Assembly (NCBI RefSeq): GCF_030542965.1
Contig: NZ_JAUAOA010000002.1
Location: forward strand, 349,744 to 381,743
Origin: Azotosporobacter soli
GTDB lineage: Bacteria > Bacillota > Negativicutes > SG130
DNA length: 32,000 bases
Reading direction: 5' to 3'
Shown: piece by piece, positions 23,192 to 31,980 of the stretch
Position numbering within the stretch: position 1 is the stretch's first letter
Layout: each line of letters starts with the position of its first letter
Notes under the pieces: model-generated
Database searches by the model: none
What the model saw: the letters and a program-made list of their open reading frames with translations, nothing else
What the model was told of the DNA's origin: nothing
Position numbers and translations under genes: made by a program

Positions 23192-25006
23192 CTAAAATTG
23201 TCCGCCAAAGCCAAATGTCGCCCGACCGCCCTTGCTGCCCCAGCCATAGTCAAGCTTGATCGGCCCCAGCATCGTATTCATCCGGATACCGCAGCCGATT
23301 GCGGTCTTCAGATCCGTCAACTGATAGCCTTCACCAGTCCATGCATTGCCGGCCTCGGCAAAGACGACGCCATGAATTTTCTTCATCAGCGGCATCCGGT
23401 ATTCGATTGTCGCGGCAAACATCTTGTTGCCTTTGAATTCATCATCCTTATAGGCGCGCAGACTCTCGCCGCCAAGCGCAAAGCGCTGGCTGTCCGGCAT
23501 CGATCCGGTCGCGTAGCCGAGCATGCCGCGTACCGCAATGATGTGGTCGCTGCCGACATCATAATATTTGCGGCCTTCTAAGCTGAACTTATTGAAATTA
23601 AAGTTGCCGCCCAAACCCTTGCCGGCGATCTCGACATTCGTCGTCAACATCGAACCGGTCGTCGCATTGAACACGTTGTCACGCGTATCAAAGACGCGGC
23701 TCAAAATCACGCTGCGCGTGGTGCCGAAGTTATCCTTCAAATATTGCTGATGCGCCGCCGTGCCATCGAGATAATTCTCACCCGACACATACTTGTTGTA
23801 GATGTCCTTGCGGCTTTTCAGCGTCACATAATAGCGGGTGTATTCGTTGACCGGACGTCCCAGCGTGATGTCCCAGCCCTTACGCTGCCGATCATAGGTG
23901 GAGCGGAAGTCGCCATTGTCGTTGTAATCGTCATAACGGTTCGTCATGTCATAAATACTGAAACTGAGTGATGTTTCCTTCTTGTCCATCCACGGATGCG
24001 TGTAACTGAATTCGTAATTGGCGCCGCTATTTGAATAACCGCCGATTTCCTTGTGGATCTTGACGCTGTCGCCGGTACCGCGGAAATTCTTGTCACCAAG
24101 CTCAATGATGCCGACCATGCCGTCAGAACTGCTGTAACCGGCGCCGATCGTGAACGTGCCTGTCTTTTGTTCGACGACCGTCGTCTCCATAACAACCGCA
24201 TTCGGCTCGCGTCCCGGAATCAGCTTCATATTCACATCTTCAAAGAAGCCGAGATTGTAGATTTTCTCCATGCTACGCTTGGCTTCTTTTGAATTGAACG
24301 GTTTGCCGACTTTATTCTTTATCTCGCGGGTAATGACGTGCTTCTTCGTTTTCTCATTGCCCTTAACCGTCAATTCTTCCAGCAGTCCTTCATTGATCGT
24401 GACGGTCAAGGTACCGTCTTTCGCCATATTGACGTCGCTGATCTTCGCCATGATATAGCCAGCGCTGCGATACACCTCTTCGATCGCCTTCGCATTTCCC
24501 GCCCACGTCTTCGAATTCAGCACCGCTCCGACCGGAACGGTGACTTGGCTTTCCAAGCGCGACGTCGTCACGACCGTGTTTCCTTTGATGACGACTTGTT
24601 TCAAAACAGGGTTTTCCATTACCCGGTAGACAACCTGGATTCCTTCCGGCACCTCTTTAAAATCGGCGGTCACGTCAAAAAAGTAACCCAAGTCATAAAT
24701 CGACTGCATATCCTGCTTGACGCGATCGGCAGTCAGTGCTTCGCCGACCTTCAATCGTATCGCATGCATGATCGTGTCGCTCGATACCGACATATTGCCT
24801 TCGACCGTCACGGACGTCATCTTTTTCCCGGTGATATTGATTGGTGCCGCCTGCACCGTGCTCTCCGTCGTAGGGGTCGCTACCGCTTCCGCCGCTCCCT
24901 GTTCCGGCGTCGCCGCATAACCGACCTGTCCTATCGTGCCCAGCGCCACCGCCATCCCCATTGCCAAATAAGCGGGCCGCCACCGATATTGTTTCCTCTT
25001 TTTCAT
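23192..25006 (-). CDS. bamA: Outer membrane protein assembly factor BamA (Omp85 family) with three POTRA domains
   Basis: A signal peptide and low-complexity linker precede three POTRA-like units, each opening with VTVEGN / VVIKGN / LTVKGN. The Omp85 barrel runs from TFTIGAGYSSSDG to a C-terminal ...GRATFGFGGQF ending in Phe. GAGGAGG SD is present. Confidence 0.92.
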   Translation of the reverse strand: MKKRKQYRWRPAYLAMGMAVALGTIGQVGYAATPEQGAAEAVATPTTESTVQAAPINITGKKMTSVTVEGNMSVSSDTIMHAIRLKVGEALTADRVKQDMQSIYDLGYFFDVTADFKEVPEGIQVVYRVMENPVLKQVVIKGNTVVTTSRLESQVTVPVGAVLNSKTWAGNAKAIEEVYRSAGYIMAKISDVNMAKDGTLTVTINEGLLEELTVKGNEKTKKHVITREIKNKVGKPFNSKEAKRSMEKIYNLGFFEDVNMKLIPGREPNAVVMETTVVEQKTGTFTIGAGYSSSDGMVGIIELGDKNFRGTGDSVKIHKEIGGYSNSGANYEFSYTHPWMDKKETSLSFSIYDMTNRYDDYNDNGDFRSTYDRQRKGWDITLGRPVNEYTRYYVTLKSRKDIYNKYVSGENYLDGTAAHQQYLKDNFGTTRSVILSRVFDTRDNVFNATTGSMLTTNVEIAGKGLGGNFNFNKFSLEGRKYYDVGSDHIIAVRGMLGYATGSMPDSQRFALGGESLRAYKDDEFKGNKMFAATIEYRMPLMKKIHGVVFAEAGNAWTGEGYQLTDLKTAIGCGIRMNTMLGPIKLDYGWGSKGGRATFGFGGQF

Positions 25007-25031
25007 GCATGTCCTCCTCGTCCTAATCCAT

Positions 25032-25550
25032 CTATTCTTTCGTGTTCTTTGTCTGACTGCGCAGCGACTTTCCAGCCGAGCGAACTAATTTTTGCATTTC
25101 ATCGGCAGAAACGACGTCTCTCGTCTCCATTGCCTCCGCCGGCGCTTCCGGCTTCACGCTCACGGCCGGCAGCGGCTGTACTGCGCTGACGACCGCTTTC
25201 GACTCTGCCTGCACCACCGTCGTCAAGACAGGGTCCGGCAGCGGCACAGCCGTCGCGCTCTCTGCTTGAGCAGCCGCCGGAGCGGGCAAGACGGCATGCG
25301 TTTCTTTGCCGTGTTCCGCGAAGGACCACCAGCCATAGCCGCCAATAATCAACAGCGTAATCAGCGCCGCAACGCGTCCGCCCCAGCCGGGCAACGCTCT
25401 TCCTGCCCTCCGGCCACTGACACGCTTCAGTTCCGCCTCCGCCAGCATCAGGTGCATTTTCGCTCTGACACCGTTTTTTTGATCCCATTCATCTTCTGCC
25501 CGGTGCAGCCAACGCTGGGCCGCCTGCAGGCCTTGTTTGAAATCCGCCAT
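25032..25550 (-). CDS. Single-pass membrane protein with anti-sigma-factor-like topology (function unknown)
   Basis: 172 aa. It has a helical N-domain (MADFKQGLQAAQRWLHRAEDEWDQKNGVRAKMHLMLAEAELKR), one TM (VAALITLLIIGGYGWWSF) and an Ala/Pro/Val-rich C-terminal tail. It is the next gene after the sigma factor, and its stop is 25 nt from the bamA ATG. Confidence 0.6.
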   Translation of the reverse strand: MADFKQGLQAAQRWLHRAEDEWDQKNGVRAKMHLMLAEAELKRVSGRRAGRALPGWGGRVAALITLLIIGGYGWWSFAEHGKETHAVLPAPAAAQAESATAVPLPDPVLTTVVQAESKAVVSAVQPLPAVSVKPEAPAEAMETRDVVSADEMQKLVRSAGKSLRSQTKNTKE

Positions 25551-25678
25551 ATCTTCACCCCGATGTTATTACATTCAGTCATGGCAGTTCTTTTTTCGCA
25601 GCGGATGGTCAACGATTATTCGCTACAAACGCTTTATTCCTCTCAAATCCTTTAAAATTCAAGCTTACTTTACTTCTT

Positions 25679-26311
25679 TCACCAATGTTGCATCAGACGC
25701 GACAGCATGCCGCGTACTCTGCGCACGCCCTGCTTTTGCAGGCGGTAGACATGCGACAGGCTGACTTCGAGCAAATCCGCCATTTCCTGCGGCATGCGAT
25801 CTTCGAGATAGACGCCGCTCAGCACCGCCTGCTCTTTGGCCGGTAGGCGTGCCACCGCTTCTTGCAGTTGAAGCGCGAGAAAATTCGCTTCCGCCTGTAC
25901 CGCAATCGCAGGCTCCGCATCAACCAGACGATCCAACAGATTATAGCCCTGCATTTGCAGTTCATCCGCCGAAATGACTTGCTCCTGATCTTCATCCTTA
26001 AGGAAATCGATCATGCGACCGCGGATGCGATGAATCGCATACAGGCTGAAGGCAACACCGCGCAGATGGTTATAGCCGTCGACCGCTTCCAGTAAGCCAA
26101 GCGTCCCCTCCTGCACCGTATCAAACCAGACTTCTTCCGCCAAGTTCCATTTGCTGAGCGCCTTAAAAACCAGCGGCTGATAACGTTCAACGATCTCTGC
26201 GCGCGCAGCCTGGTCACCCTCTTCCTTATAACGGTGCCAAAGAAGGCGTTCTTCTTCAAATTCAAGCAGCTTGATGCTATTCAATTCTTTCAGATACTGA
26301 CTTCGCTTCAT
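25679..26311 (-). CDS. Sigma-70 family RNA polymerase sigma factor, group 3 FliA/SigD/WhiG-like
   Basis: Region 2 reads YQPLVFKALSKW...VQEGTLGLLEAVDGYNHLRGVAFSLYAIHRIRGRMIDFLKDED. The region 4 HTH reads LPAKEQAVLSGVYLEDRMPQEMADLLEVSLSHVYRLQKQGVRRVRGML. ATG at 26311 lies 14 nt after the tamB stop and has a GGGAG SD (the ORF-track TTG at 26329 is rejected). Confidence 0.85.
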   Translation of the reverse strand: MKRSQYLKELNSIKLLEFEEERLLWHRYKEEGDQAARAEIVERYQPLVFKALSKWNLAEEVWFDTVQEGTLGLLEAVDGYNHLRGVAFSLYAIHRIRGRMIDFLKDEDQEQVISADELQMQGYNLLDRLVDAEPAIAVQAEANFLALQLQEAVARLPAKEQAVLSGVYLEDRMPQEMADLLEVSLSHVYRLQKQGVRRVRGMLSRLMQHW

Positions 26312-26325
26312 ATTCTTCTCCCGCC

Positions 26326-29300
26326 TCAAAACTTGAACCTGGCTTCAAAACCAAGCCACTTGCGCTTTTGATCATCCGTTGCCGCGATGACGCTGATCCG
26401 TCGCGTCAGGTCATAGCGCAGCGCCGCTTCATATGCCGAATAGCCGATCGCCATATTATAACTCACGAACAGTCGGTCATTGATGTATTTACCCAGTTGC
26501 AAATTGTATACTTCGCGATTATCGGTCGTTGTACCTTCTTTTTCAAAATAAGTCTTGCGCAAAATTTCACCTTTTGCGCCCTGGTTGATGCGAAATTGAT
26601 CAAGGCCGAATGCATTTCGGACATTTCCTTCCAGCTGGCCAAGAAATTTGGCCTGCAGTCCCGCGTTCAACAAACCTGAAACTTCATCGAAGCCGCTTCG
26701 ATCACGTACGTCACCCGTGCGGCCTCCCGCATTCAGCACCGCCATAATTTGCGCCTGGCTTAGCGCCGGTTCCGACGTCAGCTTGAAATCAAGTGCGCTG
26801 ACCGGCCCATTCACCGTAAGATCGACCGCCAGTTGCGGCAATTTCGCCTGCGCCGCTAAGCGAATCGTCGGTTCGAACGCGAACGGACGGTTGAAGTCGA
26901 CCGACCCTTCAAAAATTTTGAAAGTGGTGCTCAGATAATTGATCGTGCCGTTCATCACGCGCACCCGCCCGCTCGAAGAAGGCTCTTTCAGCGTTCCGCC
27001 AAAATGAAGTCTCCCGCGCGCCAGGATGTCATAGAAGAGTGGATGGTATGCCCTGACCCGGTTGCCGACCGCGATATTCAGGTCGAGGCCCAGGTCAAGA
27101 TTACTGGCGCCGAATTCCGGTACGCCCGGAACGGTGATCGTGTCCTGCTCAAAGATCAAATCCCCCGCCAAAAGCGGTATGCCGTTTTGTCCGGGGCGCA
27201 GCGTCAATTCGCCGCGCACGGGTCCGGTGAAGTACGCATGACGAATCAGCGGCGCATTTAGCTTTAATGCCAGGTCATAATCGCGCCAATGCCAGTCCTG
27301 CCAGCGCAGACTTCCATCCAACGCGATTGTTCCCGTTCCCAGTTTCGCACTAAGTTGATTCACCTTGACCACATCGTCAGCGACAGTAACGTTCATTATA
27401 ATATTTTCCAGCGGATCCTTAAAACCGGCAAATTTAAGTTTTCCACCGTTTACGCTTATGGCACCATTCATCTTTGGCGCATGCAACGTTCCTGTGATCG
27501 CAATTTCTCCCTGCGTCGCACCATCACCCCATTCCACTACCTTGGGCACAAGCAGCGGCAGAATACTAAGATTAGCATTGTCGAGTCGGCAACGCAAATC
27601 CATTTCAGATCCATTATCAGTGCCGCTACGGCCTTTCGGCGTCAATGCCGCCAACGGGATATTGCCGTAGGCGCTGGCCCGGTAAATTCCTTTGCGCAGC
27701 AAAACCTGATTCACTTGGATATTGCCTTTTTCCAAAATCAACAATCCATACAGCGAATCAAAAGTGGCTTCTTTGACGCCGCCGTCATTAATTTCAACCG
27801 ACATCGCTGCCTGTGGTTCTTGCGTCGTACCATTAACCTGCGCCGCAAATTGCAGCTTTCCTTTCAAATCCCAATCGCTTCCCAATAGCGCCGTTATGAT
27901 CCCTGCATCAATTCCTTGCCCGCCAATTTCAAGATTCAAAGGGCCATCAATCGCAGCGGTTCCTTGCGCTACAAGCGTCCCATTTCCTTGATGTGCTGTT
28001 AATTGGTTGATTTTCAAGACATTGTTTTCTAACGCCAGATTCAAGTCCACGCTCTCCAACGGATAATTTCGAATGCTGCCGTTTGTTAACTGACCGTCCA
28101 CCCAGACATCCGGTTGTTTGGCATGACCTGCGACACGAATCTCACCGGAAAGCTTACCTCGCAAATCGCGGTTCGACAATTGAAAAATCGGCATAATTCG
28201 TTCCAGTGTCAAATTTTTCAACTGTAAGCTGCCAAAAACGCTCTGATCTTTAAAATCGATTCCTCCGGTAAATACGCCCTGGCCTTCGCCCTGTTGAAAC
28301 GAAGCATCTGTAATATCCAGTTCATCATCAACAAATTTCATCTTGCCGCGTATATTCTGGATTGTTTCTTTGTCCAGCTGCAATCGCTCGGTTTGAAATT
28401 CTCCAGCAAATATTGGTTGCGCTGCAGTCCCTGTCAGCGTTCCACTGCAGGTTCCAATGCCGCTCACCGGATACGGATATTGAAACGGCAGACGGGCAAA
28501 ATCAAGATTATCCGCCGCTACCGCCAGATTAAGCTCTGCGCCGCGCGTCGTCTGACCGCTGACCCGGATCCGGGTGTTCAACGAGTCGATTTCGACGCCT
28601 TTCAGTTGCAGCTCCTGACCGCTAATTGAATAATCCCCTTCCGCACGTGCCACCAGGCGACCGCGAAAACTACCGTCACTCAGCTTGACGTGGCCACTGC
28701 CGTCGGGTCTCGCACGACTGCCGTGCAAAACGATCTCATTATCAATATTGCCGGTGATTTCTTCGCCCGGCAATAAAAACTTCACCACATTTTCCGCTCT
28801 TGCCTGTCGGCTGACAACGCGTAAATTCAACGGCCCATCGGCCGCGTAGCTGATTCGTCCGTCAACTCGGTGTTCCGCTGTCTTGTCACGTAGCAGCCAG
28901 TTATCAAGAGTCACGCCCTGCGCATCAAGGCGCAGTCCGCCCGTCGCCAATTGATACGGCTGCTTAAGCGCCGTACCGTCGTGCAGTGCGGCCGTTCCCG
29001 TCAACTGCCATTCCGGCAGACGACCGCTCAAGCGGCCGCTGAACGTCCCGTTGCCGCTGATTTCCGGGGTAAATCGCTCAAGCGGCAACTGGTTTCCCGC
29101 TAGCGCCATATCGATATTCTGCCGAGAAATCCGTCCCTGCCCGGTCACGCTGCCTTCGCCGATCTGCAGCGCCAACGCGTCCACTTCAACGTCATCACTA
29201 TTGCCCTGAAACGAAGACTGCAGCGCGTCGATTCGGATCCCCTGCAGAGAGATATCCTTCGCCCGCAAGGAAAGCGCATAACGCTGCGTCTTGCTGTCGA

Positions 29301-30477
29301 GCGTACCGCTCAGCGACGCCGCGCCGCCGAGCATCTCCGCCTCCGCCTGCGAAAGCGTCAGTTTTCCCTCCGCAAAGACGGCGCTGATCTTTACCTTCTC
29401 CGCCTGATACTGCTGCCAGTTCAATTGCGCCGCGCGAAGTTCGCCGCTGACCACCGGCTGATCGTATGCGCCTGCGATCGTTAGGTCGGCATCGACAAGC
29501 CCCGTAACCGGGCAAGCCGCCCAGAAACGGCTTATATCCGCCTGCTTTAGCGTAAGCGTACCGTTCAAGCGCGGTGCGCCTGTCGACCAGTCCGCCTGTC
29601 CATTCAGCTTTACCGCCTGTTCCATGACCTTGCCCGCCGCCACGGCATAAAGGCTGTGTTCGCTGAAGATGACGCGTCCGGCAACTTCTGAAACAGACCA
29701 CTCGCCAAACGTCGCCGCCCCTTCTTTGACAGCCGTTTCACCGGCAAATGTCCAGTGACCTTTGTTCCCGTTGAGTGTCAGCACCAAATCTTCAACCTGT
29801 CCGTTAACGCTCGCTACGTCATACTGACGCGGATAGAAAGGAGCATACTCTGCCAGATCAAGCCGCTTCGCCGTGAGCGTCATACCGCTTCGCCCCGAAG
29901 AGTGATAACGCCCGCTAAGCCTCACATCTTGCCCGGATACTTTGCCGTTAAAATCAAGCTGCAGCGCCGGGAGGTCCGCGCAATCTGCCGTACCGTTCAA
30001 CTCGTCAAGCATCCAAATCCGGCCCTGACTCTGCACTTCGATCTCCGCCAGATTTATTTGCACGACGCCGGAAAAACTTGATTTTTCCGCACGCTCTTTC
30101 TGCAACAACTTATCAATATTCCACGTGCCGTCCTGTTTCTGGCGCAGCCAAAGGCTCGGTTTTTCAAGCACGACGCTGCTCACCATCGCCAACGCAGGTT
30201 TTCCCTGCAAGATGCGCAGCGGATTTACACTCACCTTCAACTGGGGAACCGTCAGCAATTTTGCGTCGCCGTCCAAAACAGTTACGTCATTGGCGGCAAG
30301 GCTATTAAAGGAGGTTGCTTCCATCCTCCCGATCGTCACCGACATGCCGAGTTCCTCACTCAGACGGGCCGGCAGTTGTTCTTTTAATTCGGCAATCAAC
30401 GCTTTTCCCGATAAAAGCGCTGCGCCGATTATGAGCAAACTGAAGCTCAGCAGCAACCATTTCCATCTGTTTTTCAT
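26326..30477 (-). CDS. tamB: Translocation and assembly module protein TamB (AsmA-like, DUF490 C-terminus)
   Basis: 1383 aa with an N-terminal anchor MKNRWKWLLLSFSLLIIGAALL. The body is long, repetitive and beta-rich. The C-terminus LGKYINDRLFVSYNMAIG...LRYDLTRRISVIAATDDQKRKWLGFEARFKF is typical of TamB/DUF490. AGGAGGA SD is present. Confidence 0.88.
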   Translation of the reverse strand: MKNRWKWLLLSFSLLIIGAALLSGKALIAELKEQLPARLSEELGMSVTIGRMEATSFNSLAANDVTVLDGDAKLLTVPQLKVSVNPLRILQGKPALAMVSSVVLEKPSLWLRQKQDGTWNIDKLLQKERAEKSSFSGVVQINLAEIEVQSQGRIWMLDELNGTADCADLPALQLDFNGKVSGQDVRLSGRYHSSGRSGMTLTAKRLDLAEYAPFYPRQYDVASVNGQVEDLVLTLNGNKGHWTFAGETAVKEGAATFGEWSVSEVAGRVIFSEHSLYAVAAGKVMEQAVKLNGQADWSTGAPRLNGTLTLKQADISRFWAACPVTGLVDADLTIAGAYDQPVVSGELRAAQLNWQQYQAEKVKISAVFAEGKLTLSQAEAEMLGGAASLSGTLDSKTQRYALSLRAKDISLQGIRIDALQSSFQGNSDDVEVDALALQIGEGSVTGQGRISRQNIDMALAGNQLPLERFTPEISGNGTFSGRLSGRLPEWQLTGTAALHDGTALKQPYQLATGGLRLDAQGVTLDNWLLRDKTAEHRVDGRISYAADGPLNLRVVSRQARAENVVKFLLPGEEITGNIDNEIVLHGSRARPDGSGHVKLSDGSFRGRLVARAEGDYSISGQELQLKGVEIDSLNTRIRVSGQTTRGAELNLAVAADNLDFARLPFQYPYPVSGIGTCSGTLTGTAAQPIFAGEFQTERLQLDKETIQNIRGKMKFVDDELDITDASFQQGEGQGVFTGGIDFKDQSVFGSLQLKNLTLERIMPIFQLSNRDLRGKLSGEIRVAGHAKQPDVWVDGQLTNGSIRNYPLESVDLNLALENNVLKINQLTAHQGNGTLVAQGTAAIDGPLNLEIGGQGIDAGIITALLGSDWDLKGKLQFAAQVNGTTQEPQAAMSVEINDGGVKEATFDSLYGLLILEKGNIQVNQVLLRKGIYRASAYGNIPLAALTPKGRSGTDNGSEMDLRCRLDNANLSILPLLVPKVVEWGDGATQGEIAITGTLHAPKMNGAISVNGGKLKFAGFKDPLENIIMNVTVADDVVKVNQLSAKLGTGTIALDGSLRWQDWHWRDYDLALKLNAPLIRHAYFTGPVRGELTLRPGQNGIPLLAGDLIFEQDTITVPGVPEFGASNLDLGLDLNIAVGNRVRAYHPLFYDILARGRLHFGGTLKEPSSSGRVRVMNGTINYLSTTFKIFEGSVDFNRPFAFEPTIRLAAQAKLPQLAVDLTVNGPVSALDFKLTSEPALSQAQIMAVLNAGGRTGDVRDRSGFDEVSGLLNAGLQAKFLGQLEGNVRNAFGLDQFRINQGAKGEILRKTYFEKEGTTTDNREVYNLQLGKYINDRLFVSYNMAIGYSAYEAALRYDLTRRISVIAATDDQKRKWLGFEARFKF

Positions 30478-30575
30478 CGGTTTCCTCCTGAAGGGTATCA
30501 GGTATCATATTCTACGCGAAGGAACCCTTTCCTGCCATAGAGCTCGAATGTTCATAAAGCCGTAAGAATTGCAGG

Positions 30576-30612
30576 ATAAAAGAAAAAGCCGCGGATTTCT
30601 CCGCAGCTTTTC
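30576..30612 (-). terminator. Rho-independent terminator after tolC
   Basis: The minus strand reads AAAGCTGCGGA-gaaa-TCCGCGGCTTT (one G.U pair) followed by TTCTTTTAT. It lies 10 nt after the tolC stop. Confidence 0.6.
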
Positions 30613-30621
30613 ACCGATTGC

Positions 30622-31911
30622 TTAGTTTACCGCAATGCCCATCGCTTTTTCCAATTTGGCACGGCTCGTGTTGTAATCATAAAGCGCCTGGTAGTAGTTC
30701 GTCTTCGCCTGCGTCAGTGCAACCTGTGCATCAATGACGTCGATATTCGTTCCGACGCCGGCCATATAGCGGACTTGCGCGATCTTAAAGTCTTCTTCCG
30801 CTTTAGTAACCGCTACTTTACTGGTATCGATCCGCTTTTCCGCTTCGCGCAGACCGAGAAAGTTCTGACGCACTTCAAGCTGTACCGAATCTTTTGTCTG
30901 TTGCTCCAGCTGCAACGTCTTGTCAAACGCCTGCTGCGCTTTGCCGATATTCGCATTCGTGACGCCGGAATCAAAGGCGTTCCAATTCAACGTTGCCCCG
31001 ACAGACCAATTGCTATTTCCACTGCCCGGAAAATCCTTGTTATTCCAATCCTGCGTGCCAAAGACGGCGATTGTCGGCAGATGTCCGCCCTCCGCTGCCC
31101 TTTTGTTTTCCTTCGCGGCCTCTACGCCAAAAGCGGCCTGGATCACTTCCGGACGGTTCTTCAGAGAATAGTCGATGCAGGTATCGAGCGTCTTCTCATA
31201 AGGAAGATACTGCAATTCCTCTTTGACCGACAGTTCCGTGCCAAGCGGCAACCCAATCACGTTGTTCAGCGTGGAAATCGACAGGTCATAGGTGTTCTGC
31301 GCTTTGATCAGACTTTGCTGCGCATTGGCCAATTCCACTTCCGAGCGCAGCACATCAGACTTGGCAACCGTTCCAACTCCGTACTGCGCCTGAACATTCT
31401 TTAGATGAGCGGTCAGCTGATCGACCGATTCCTGCGCGACTTGCAACAGATTGCGCGCCTGCAAAATTCCGTAGTAGCCGTTTGTCGCATCCAGTTTGAT
31501 CTGCTGCATCGCCTTGGCCACGCCAAAATCCGCCGAACTATAGTTGGCCCGTGCAGCGCCGACTAAACCCTCTTTTTGTCCAAACGTATAGACGTTCCAA
31601 CCGAGTGAAAGCTTATTGTCAAATTTATTGGTCACATTGCCGCTCGTCGTAAGACTGTTGCCATGCGCCGCCGTATGCGTATAGCCGACCGAAGGCAGGA
31701 GCGCCCCTTCCGCGATCTTAATGCCGTATTGCGCCGACGCTTTGTCCTGAACAGCTATCTTAACCGTCGGATTATTCTGCAGCGCGAGTCGCACGCTGTC
31801 TTCGAGCGTCAATTCCGTAGGCGCCGCCTGAACCAGACTGGTCTGCCCAGCCAATAGAATGCCGACCAGCAACATATTCCAGCCACGCCGCCATTTTCGT
31901 TGTATTGTCAT
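30622..31911 (-). CDS. tolC: TolC-family outer membrane channel protein
   Basis: Signal peptide ...WNMLLVGILLAGQTSLVQA. It has two structural repeats of OEP-type helices and strands (LTLEDSVRLALQNNP..., ...QALYDYNTSRAKLEKAMG). ATG at 31911 has AAGGAGG 7 nt upstream (the ORF-track TTG at 31914 is rejected). Confidence 0.88.
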   Translation of the reverse strand: MTIQRKWRRGWNMLLVGILLAGQTSLVQAAPTELTLEDSVRLALQNNPTVKIAVQDKASAQYGIKIAEGALLPSVGYTHTAAHGNSLTTSGNVTNKFDNKLSLGWNVYTFGQKEGLVGAARANYSSADFGVAKAMQQIKLDATNGYYGILQARNLLQVAQESVDQLTAHLKNVQAQYGVGTVAKSDVLRSEVELANAQQSLIKAQNTYDLSISTLNNVIGLPLGTELSVKEELQYLPYEKTLDTCIDYSLKNRPEVIQAAFGVEAAKENKRAAEGGHLPTIAVFGTQDWNNKDFPGSGNSNWSVGATLNWNAFDSGVTNANIGKAQQAFDKTLQLEQQTKDSVQLEVRQNFLGLREAEKRIDTSKVAVTKAEEDFKIAQVRYMAGVGTNIDVIDAQVALTQAKTNYYQALYDYNTSRAKLEKAMGIAVN

Positions 31912-31951
31912 CAATAAACCTCCTTGACTAAATAGTCATTTTACTTTTCCC

Positions 31952-31980
31952 ATTATATTCATCTCATGAATCTCTGTCAA
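31952..31980 (-). promoter_or_regulatory. Consensus sigma-70 promoter TTGACA-17-TATAAT upstream of tolC, with a palindrome in the spacer
   Basis: On the minus strand, TTGACA is at 31980-31975, the spacer is exactly 17 nt, and TATAAT is at 31957-31952. The spacer contains ATTCAT-gag-ATGAAT (31957-31971). Confidence 0.65.

Noticed and set aside
25616-25623. GCGAATAA on the gene strand in the sigma-to-membrane-protein gap, resembling the FliA -10 element GCCGATAA
   Set aside because: The nearest upstream TAAA motifs are 9 nt and 27 nt away instead of about 15 nt, and the match is imperfect. This is not enough to call a sigma-28 promoter.
30478-30575. Candidate tamB promoter (TAGAAT / TATGAT at about 30504-30514 on the gene strand)
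   Set aside because: No acceptable -35 is found at 16-18 nt spacing (best is TGGCAG). A promoter probably exists after the tolC terminator, but I cannot place it.
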